A DNA stretch of 64,000 bases from Dehalococcoidia bacterium (GTDB lineage: Bacteria > Chloroflexota > Dehalococcoidia > Lucifugimonadales > UBA3495), in NCBI GenBank assembly GCA_965261355.1, contig CBDHDK010000002.1:268637-332636 (forward strand), given 5' to 3'. Shown piece by piece: positions 57,105 through 64,000 of this stretch. The position numbers and the translations under genes are program-made. Position 1 is the stretch's first letter; every line of letters starts with the position of its first letter. The notes beneath the pieces were generated by a model, which did no database searches, was not told where the DNA came from, and saw only the letters and a list, made by a program, of their open reading frames with translations.

Positions 57105-57980
57105 ATGAGCTACAACGACTACCTGTACACCAAGCCAATTGAAGTCAGAGGCGGCATCCGGGCCGGGTCCAAACGAGGTGCCTTCGGCTCCAGTTGGTGG
57201 GCCAAGCGGTGGCTCCAGACCCTTGAGGAGTTCCAAATCGGGAGCCGCCTCGACCGGGGCCGATCCTACGCCCGCCGGGGACAGGTCATGTCCATCGACA
57301 TTCAGCCCGGCGGCGTCACGGCCAAGGTGCAGGGCTCCCGCAAGCGACCCTACAACGTGAGCATCGAGGTCCGGACCATCAGCCCACCGGACTGGGAACG
57401 CCTCCAGGAGGCCATGGCGGAACAGCCCATAATCGCCGCCAGCCTGCTGTCGGGGCGCATGCCGGACAACATCGAGGACACCTTCCGGGTCGCCGGCCTG
57501 TCCATGTTCCCCGACCGGCAGGGCGACCTGGAGACGGACTGCTCGTGTCCCGACTGGTCCAACCCATGCAAGCACGTTGCCGCCGTCTATCTGCTGCTGG
57601 GCGAGGAGTTCGACCGGGACCCCTTCCTGATATTCCGGATGCGGGGCATGGACCGGGAGGACCTGCTGGGCCCGGAGTTCCGCCGCTCGGCCCAGACCCT
57701 GGAGGGACTCACACTGCCCGCCGAGCCCCTGCCACCGGAACCCGGCGAGTTCTGGGCCAACCCGCTGACGGCGCTGCGGGAAAAGGACCATGCGGGCCCG
57801 GCCGTCATACCCGACCTGGCTGCCGCCCTGCCCCAACAGCTGGGCCGGTTCCCGCTCTGGCAGGGCAACCTGGAATTCGTCCCGGCAATGCAGGACATCT
57901 ACCGCGCCGCCTCCAATCGGGCCGTCCATCTCCACATGGGGCCGTCGGAACCGCCCGACATCCCAGCACCGGAGATCTAG
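57105..57980 (+). CDS. SWIM zinc-finger protein, SNF2 partner
   Basis: RL.RGRSYAR.G, CSCPDWSNPCKHVAA, FD.DPF. Confidence 0.9.
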   Translation: MSYNDYLYTKPIEVRGGIRAGSKRGAFGSSWWAKRWLQTLEEFQIGSRLDRGRSYARRGQVMSIDIQPGGVTAKVQGSRKRPYNVSIEVRTISPPDWERLQEAMAEQPIIAASLLSGRMPDNIEDTFRVAGLSMFPDRQGDLETDCSCPDWSNPCKHVAAVYLLLGEEFDRDPFLIFRMRGMDREDLLGPEFRRSAQTLEGLTLPAEPLPPEPGEFWANPLTALREKDHAGPAVIPDLAAALPQQLGRFPLWQGNLEFVPAMQDIYRAASNRAVHLHMGPSEPPDIPAPEI

Positions 57981-58328
57981 ACGGAGCAGGCACGGGACAC
58001 AACCACGGCTCCCTTCCGCCAGCACTTCAACGACGGGATTGAGGTGGCGGCTCCGGCCTGACGATACGGCACCAGGTGCGACGCCTCTAGAGGGAACGGG
58101 CGCGCCCGTTCGTCGAGTAGCTGGGGCTGAAGGACGCCCGAGGGGGCAATGATCGGACCATACGATCCAATGCCAAGCGTCGAACCGCCCTTCGTACGTC
58201 CAGAACGTCCCTTCTTGAATCGTCGTTTGAATTCCACTAATGCGGCGGCTCCGGGGCAACAGGCCACCAGATCCAATGGTCGTTGATCAGTGGGCGCACC
58301 CTTTTGCTCTCCTTCCAGCTCTTTGGCA

Positions 58329-58355
58329 TGGCGCAGCATCTCGGCGCCATTGACA
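58329..58355. mobile_element. Orphan IS21-B-type terminal repeat
   Basis: atctcggcgccattgaca identical to 14976-14993. Confidence 0.5.
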
Positions 58356-58413
58356 CAGGAGCCGGTGGCAGTCCTTCACCGAATGGCGATAGAATCAGGA
58401 CAAGGAATGCGAG

Positions 58414-59049
58414 ATGACCACGCCGATCACGACCTTTGAAGACATCCTCCAAGCCTTGGAGCGCGACCCGGGGCTCAAAGACGCCCTGCGCCGCCACATC
58501 CTCACCGAGCAGCTCCTGCAATTACCGGCAGCATTTGCAGCCTTCGTGGAAGAGCAGCGATCCTTCAACAGCAGGACAGAATCGCGGTTAACAAACGCCG
58601 ATGCCCGGATGGGCAGGATGGAACAGGACATGGGGACGATAAAGGGATATTACGCCCAGAGCAGAATGACAGCGGACGCCCCGGGTATCGCTGACGACAT
58701 GGGGCTCACGTACACCAGAACACTCACCGTGGAGGACCTGAGGCAGCTGGCCAACAGCCAACCCATGGAATCCACCACCAGGAGGAGTTTCAGGCAGGCC
58801 GATCTCATCATCGAGGCCACCGACGGATACGGCGAGAGACATTTCATCGCCATGGAAATTTCCTACACCGCAGACACCCGGGACTCGGACAGAGCGGTCA
58901 GGAACGCTGGGATACTCACAGACCTTACCGGCGCCAAGGCAACGGCCGCGATCGCAAGCGTGAGAAACAGTAACGAGGTCCAAGAATTGGTGCAGGAAGG
59001 AAGCCTGTACTGGTACGAGATTGAGGACCGAGGGCCCGAACAGGACTGA
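58414..59049 (+). CDS. Coiled-coil plus PD-(D/E)xK-like protein (paralog 3)
   Basis: ADLII..IAMEISYT..D..RAVRNA.IL..LTG. Confidence 0.65.
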   Translation: MTTPITTFEDILQALERDPGLKDALRRHILTEQLLQLPAAFAAFVEEQRSFNSRTESRLTNADARMGRMEQDMGTIKGYYAQSRMTADAPGIADDMGLTYTRTLTVEDLRQLANSQPMESTTRRSFRQADLIIEATDGYGERHFIAMEISYTADTRDSDRAVRNAGILTDLTGAKATAAIASVRNSNEVQELVQEGSLYWYEIEDRGPEQD

Positions 59050-59659
59050 CTCGCCAGCAGGAGAGCTACAAAAGCAAAGGGACCCAATCCACCAGTCGCC
59101 AGCCAGCAGACCGCAAATAATACCGAGCCGGTTGAGCGGTGGCACTCGTTCACGGAACAGGCGCAGATGCGGCGGTGGCAGGTCCACCGCCGCGTTGATC
59201 TTAGTCCTCTCAACTCCCATCCAGGCAAAACTCCCCAGACGGTTGAAGTTGCGGTTCGCACAACCGGTCTTCTGACCGCCGGACGTAACCGGGGGGACTG
59301 AACGGACCCGTCTGAGACGGTTTCGATATTTTCTGAGTCTTTTCGGAGTGCGATCACATCTCCGCCAACCTACGGGCAGCGCCGCCGCCGTCGACCCAAC
59401 CGGTGTAACAGAACCTGGTACGGCACCAAAACGGTCAAGAACGACGACCGCGGTAACCGCGAACGACTCCCCCGAGGGGTGGTTTTTGCCTGAATGTCCA
59501 CCAGGCCCCGCCGGGCTCCCTGCCCCCGCGACCCCGCTCCCTGGGCAACCGGCCCGTCGCCAGGATGGCCTCCACGGCGTCATCCATCTGCCCGATTCAG
59601 CGCCCCTCAGGTAACGTAGACTCGCTCAGCCAAAACCAGCAACCGGAGCCTGTAAGCGT

Positions 59660-60360
59660 CTGGCAGTGGGTCATTGTCCCTCCGGCACCGGCTGGGAGCC
59701 AACGCCCACCACGACCTCATCCAGCAGGCCGTTCCCCACGGCCCAGACCACGAGTCCCTGCTTCGTCCCGATGCCCAGCTTGTCCTGTATGCGGTAGATG
59801 GTGTTCCGGACGGTAACGACGCTGTTGCCCCTCGCCTGGGAGATCTCGATGTATGACCTGCCGCTGGCGAACAGCGTCAGGGTCTTCCGCTCCAGAGCCG
59901 AGAGCCTGTCCGAAGGCCGGCGGGGGCGAGCCCGCGCTCGCCCTGGACCATCGCGAAGACCTGCCTAACCGCCTCGTCTGGAATCCGCAGTTGGCCTTCG
60001 GCAACATCCACAACGGCTTCCGTCAGCTCCTCCGGTCGCGAGTACTTCTCCAAGTAAACCGTCGCGCCGGCGGCGATCGCCTCAATCACCGCATCCTACT
60101 GAGTCGAGGCCGTCAGCATCATAACCCGGGTGTCCGGCGGAAGCTCCATGATCTCCCGGCAGGCATCTATGCCGTTCTTGCGCGGCGTGATCACATCCAT
60201 GATGATGACCTTCGGTTTCATCTCCCCAGCGGTCCCCACGGCCTTCTCTTCATCGCCGGGCTGTCCCACCACCTCGAAGCGGCCCGACGCCTCCAGCACC
60301 TGCTGCAGGCCGTTCCTCATTACGGGATGGTCATCGCACCAACATCACCCTTATCCGGCC
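59660..60360 (-). pseudogene. NarL/LuxR-type response regulator, fragmented
   Basis: D.HP.MRNGL..VL, IIMDV..P..NGIDACREI, TVRNTIYRIQDKLG; stop codon and frameshifts. Confidence 0.7.
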
Positions 60361-60399
60361 TGGTGACGACATCCTATGCTGATCAACGACAATTAGTCT

Positions 60400-60590
60400 T
60401 GCCGGTCCGGTTGGCGACGACTACTTTTGCAAGTCACACATGGTACTCATCCGGTGCAGTAGGTGCCGGATTGGTTACGGATCAGCAAGTCGCATTACTG
60501 AGGCAAAGACAGATGGAAGGAAAGAAACAACAGACGGCGGCGGCCATGACGGGGATGAGCGAGCGGTCGGCGCGGAAGTGGCAGTGTTGC
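60400..60590 (+). pseudogene. IS21-type istA 5' remnant
   Basis: VTDQQVALLRQ..EGK.QQTAAAMTGMSERSARKW. Confidence 0.5.
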
Positions 60591-60729
60591 CCACTCCCAT
60601 GCCTCGCCCTCCGTGTCGCCCAGGATGGGACGCACCGATATCCCCTGACAGCCGTGCGCTTGCCATCCCAGCTTTGGGATGCTGTACTGCGGTCATTGAA
60701 GAGCAATCACGCTTACTGGAGCCGGCCGG

Positions 60730-61880
60730 TTGAAACGTATACTGCGCAGGGCGGGGTCCTGGCTGTTCCAACTCCTGGTGGTGGGCGGGGCGCTGTTGAC
60801 CCTGTTCATAGCCGTCACCCCACAAGGCCGGGCCAGCTTTCACACCGCGCTGTTCCTGACGGAGGTGCTGGACGCCCCGGTCAAGCCACAGGGCTGGTTC
60901 ACAGCCGAACCGCTGCGACACGACGTGCAACCCCCGCCCGTTGGCGGCACCTCGGTAGGCCAGGTCTATCGCATCTCCGACGGGAAGCCCCGCGCCGCCG
61001 TGCTGCTATCCCTGGGCATCACTGGCCAGGGATTTGCCGACTCCAACGTGATCAATCTCGGCAACGCCCTAGCCAGGGCCAACTTCGTGGTGATGTACCA
61101 GTGGTCCCCTGCCATGGGGGTCAGCGAGAAAATCGACCCTGCCGAACCGGAGAATCTGGTGTCGGGGTTCCGGTTTCTTGAGCAACAGGAATACGTTGAC
61201 CACGAACGGGTGGGCCTTGGCGGGTTCTCCGTAGGAGCTTCCTTCGCGCTTGTGGCCGCTGCGGACGAAAGGATTCGGGACCGGGTTAATTTCGTCAACG
61301 CCCTCGGCCCCTACTTCGACGCGGAACAGCTGCTGCTGCAGGCGGCGTCCCGTACCGTTGTCTACGACGGCGTGCGCACCGAGTGGGAGCCGGCGGCGCT
61401 CACGTTGAGCGTCATCGGAAACGAACTGATCGAAACCCTGGATAGCCCCCGCGATGCCGAGTTCCTCGCTGAGTTCGTTCTGAGCGACATGGATGCCCAC
61501 CCTGGAGAGTTGGAAACCCTGACCCCCCGGGCCGGACGGTGGCGCAGTTACTCCGGGGTGTAGGGCCGGAGGATGCCGCGGCGCTGTACGAGACACTGCC
61601 GTCCTCGTTCCATGCCGACCTGGCCGGAATCTCGCCCTCCAGTTACGTTCAGGACATCAGGGCAAGGCTCTTGGTGATGCATGACCGCAATGACCTGCTG
61701 GTGCCCGCCGCCGAGTCGCGCCGCCTGGTGGAGGCGAGTCGCGACCGGGTCAGGGTGCGCCACACCGAACTCTTGGCCTTCGACCACGTCACGCCCAGCG
61801 GAGGAGGAATCCTGACAGTTCTCGGTCAGGCCGCGCGACTCTACCGCCACATGTACGAAATCATCCGCATCGCTCACTGA
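60730..61880 (+). CDS. Alpha/beta-hydrolase-like protein split by a frameshift near 61530
   Basis: GFSVG nucleophile elbow; HDRNDLLVP and FDHV in the second frame. Confidence 0.7.
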
Positions 61881-61919
61881 ACTCACACCAGATGGCTGGG
61901 GGGCCCGGGTTTTCGTCCT

Positions 61920-63443
61920 CTAGCAGGGTGAAATCCCTGCGCTGCTGCGTATCGGCTGCAGGATACGGTGTCCGGCCAGTAATCCCGGGCGGTAGAGCGC
62001 ATCAAGCCTGGAACGCTTTGAGCGCCGCTTCCGCGAAGCAGTGGCGGCGGGCAAAACGGCGGGAGAGGGGGCAGTGTCGGCAGAGTCACCGGTGTCCTTC
62101 TTTAAGATGGTTACCACCAAGCTGCCGCCGACAACCACGACCATATATATGATTGCGGCCAAGCTGGACCATATTGTCGAAATCCGAGACCGGTCAATGA
62201 ATTCTTCGGAAGAATACCCCAAGTCGTTGAAATCAATTTCCCAGGATCGCACGAGTGTGTGGTCCGGTACGAACTGCAGGCTGGGGTCCCAGTAGATTAC
62301 CACCATACCCAACAGGCTCATGACAGTCAGAACAATTGTGATTGCAACTGCAACCTGGAGCATAAGTCTCTTGTCCAATTCGGTTAACCTTACGCTCTCA
62401 TCCCGGAGTATCAGGATCGCCATAAGGACTCCGCCCAATACGGGCAGCGCCTCCAGAAGATAGAGCCACGTCCCTGCGCAACTTATAAAAAGCATGCAGA
62501 TATATACAAAGGCAAGGGGCGGGATCGTTACCCATGCAGCACGCCGGTACGGACTGACCGCACCTCGAGAATCCTGCCACATGTACAAGAGGTCATACAT
62601 AAACCCGGCGATGAATGCCAGGACCAAGTTCACCAGCATGGCCAGGACATAGGGAATCGGTGTCCCGCCGAATCCGTCAATCGCATAGAAGCCGAAATGG
62701 TCCATCCGCATCAGGGGGGCCTGCAACATGGGCGTGCTGAGCAGCACAAATAGAGATACGAACAGAAAATCGCGGTGCCCCGTTGCGCGGCGCGGACGGA
62801 GGAAGTAGTGCGCAAGCACTGCGCAGACCACTACGACTATGTACGTGCTCAGCATCCAGTCGGCGCTCCATCCAACTGACGCCAAAAGATAACCTGCCCC
62901 GGCTATTCCGAGGCCTGGCAGCAGGAATTTTGACAGCAGGAACCGGATGACCTCTCCGGAATAAGACCGTCCCTCGTCCCCGTGGGGGGATGGGTTATCC
63001 GCTTCTGTGGAAGCCTCTGGAGCAGTGGCCGGAACATTTCTGCTGTCAGTCGCGGCAACCTCGGCGTAATTCCCCTCGCCGTCTCCCAGCCCCGCCAGCG
63101 CGATCAGCCCGTCGATTTCGGCCCGGCCCAGGTTGAGGGCAGAGCCGAATACCTCCAGCCGCTCCTTGGTGGGGAGGATCTCCCCGCTCTCCCATCGCCC
63201 TACGGTGGAATGGCTGTAGCCCTCGTATCCTTCCTTGACACTTCCCATCAGGTCCAGCAGACCCTTCTGGGATAGGCGCCCACCTCTTCCCCGGCCCTTG
63301 CGTTCCAGGCGGTAGGAGAGCATCAGCCGCCCCACCTGCCGGGCTCTCATTTTCCTATAATCGGTCTCATTTGAGGTGTCATCGGGTCTGATTGCACTGT
63401 TTTCCGCACTTTCCATATCTGAAATGTCCGGATTTTCAAACAT
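61920..63443 (-). CDS. XRE-type HTH fused to a multi-pass membrane domain
   Basis: LSQ..L..SHSTVGRWESGEILP followed by many hydrophobic helices. Confidence 0.7.
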   Translation of the reverse strand: MFENPDISDMESAENSAIRPDDTSNETDYRKMRARQVGRLMLSYRLERKGRGRGGRLSQKGLLDLMGSVKEGYEGYSHSTVGRWESGEILPTKERLEVFGSALNLGRAEIDGLIALAGLGDGEGNYAEVAATDSRNVPATAPEASTEADNPSPHGDEGRSYSGEVIRFLLSKFLLPGLGIAGAGYLLASVGWSADWMLSTYIVVVVCAVLAHYFLRPRRATGHRDFLFVSLFVLLSTPMLQAPLMRMDHFGFYAIDGFGGTPIPYVLAMLVNLVLAFIAGFMYDLLYMWQDSRGAVSPYRRAAWVTIPPLAFVYICMLFISCAGTWLYLLEALPVLGGVLMAILILRDESVRLTELDKRLMLQVAVAITIVLTVMSLLGMVVIYWDPSLQFVPDHTLVRSWEIDFNDLGYSSEEFIDRSRISTIWSSLAAIIYMVVVVGGSLVVTILKKDTGDSADTAPSPAVLPAATASRKRRSKRSRLDALYRPGLLAGHRILQPIRSSAGISPC

Positions 63444-64000
63444 TGAACGACTCACGGACTTAGTTAAAAATTTGTGGTATTTTGACACGCACTCTGATGC
63501 TTAACAAGGCGGAAACCCTGTCCGTCAGGCATTGTGTATGTCAAATAGGGTGCAAAGCACTCATCCATCCTCAGCGCACGCTGAGCCGGGTCGAAAGGTC
63601 CTTGCGGATTCCCTGCGAAGAGCTACGACCCGACGCGCCACAGCAACTCCCCTTGTCCAAACCTGCAGCGGGAGGCACGCAACCTCGAAGGTGCCAGGCG
63701 ATCCCGTCCGAAACCAGCAGAACGGTACCTCAGTGAATCGGATGCAGCATTGAAATCGGCGCAGCGCTCGCAGGCGCGGTCGATATTCGTCCTTTTGGTC
63801 GCAATCGGTGCGGCCCCGTCTGCCGCTGCCGCCGAAACACCCCAGGCACCCCATGCCAGCGTTCCCGCCGACAACTGCACGTCTAACATGAGCATCGCCA
63901 GTTTTTCGATCAATCGAAGTGAAGTTGCGGCAGGCGAAACGCTCAGGGCTACCCTCGGGGTCGTAAACGGGAGCAGGTTTTTCGATTACACCCACTACTA

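Noticed and set aside
54010-57980. SNF2-SWIM pair as a novel system
   Set aside because: This is a well-known, widespread bacterial gene pair.

Overview
GC-rich bacterial accessory region (inferred, not proven, to be a Chloroflexota/SAR202-like host-associated organism, from the plant-type LRR lipoprotein and expanded PaREP1/PD-(D/E)xK-like families). About half is insertion sequences: IS5, two IS630, IS21 copies, ISAs1, IS1202-like, IS607, a TnpB-related gene, three IS1182-like and IS701. It also holds MITEs, decayed plasmid/ICE parts (ParA/ParG, serine and Cre-like recombinases), TA pairs, a SNF2-SWIM pair and a large LRR-metalloprotease lipoprotein. The top candidate for a new system is a group of IS1202-like elements that insert into the terminal repeats of IS21 elements at three sites, in the same orientation. 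The two complete insertions have 7-bp duplications 26-27 bp from the IS21 tip, and their transposases end in an HTH resembling the IstA N-terminal HTH. Other highlights are tandem IS arrays joined by single CTAGs, transposase-free TIR-bounded cargo cassettes, a loxP-like site beside a Cre-like pseudogene, and a SWIM-DDE transposase between two paralogous genes. All calls are by eye from the sequence and ORF track; no database searches were run.
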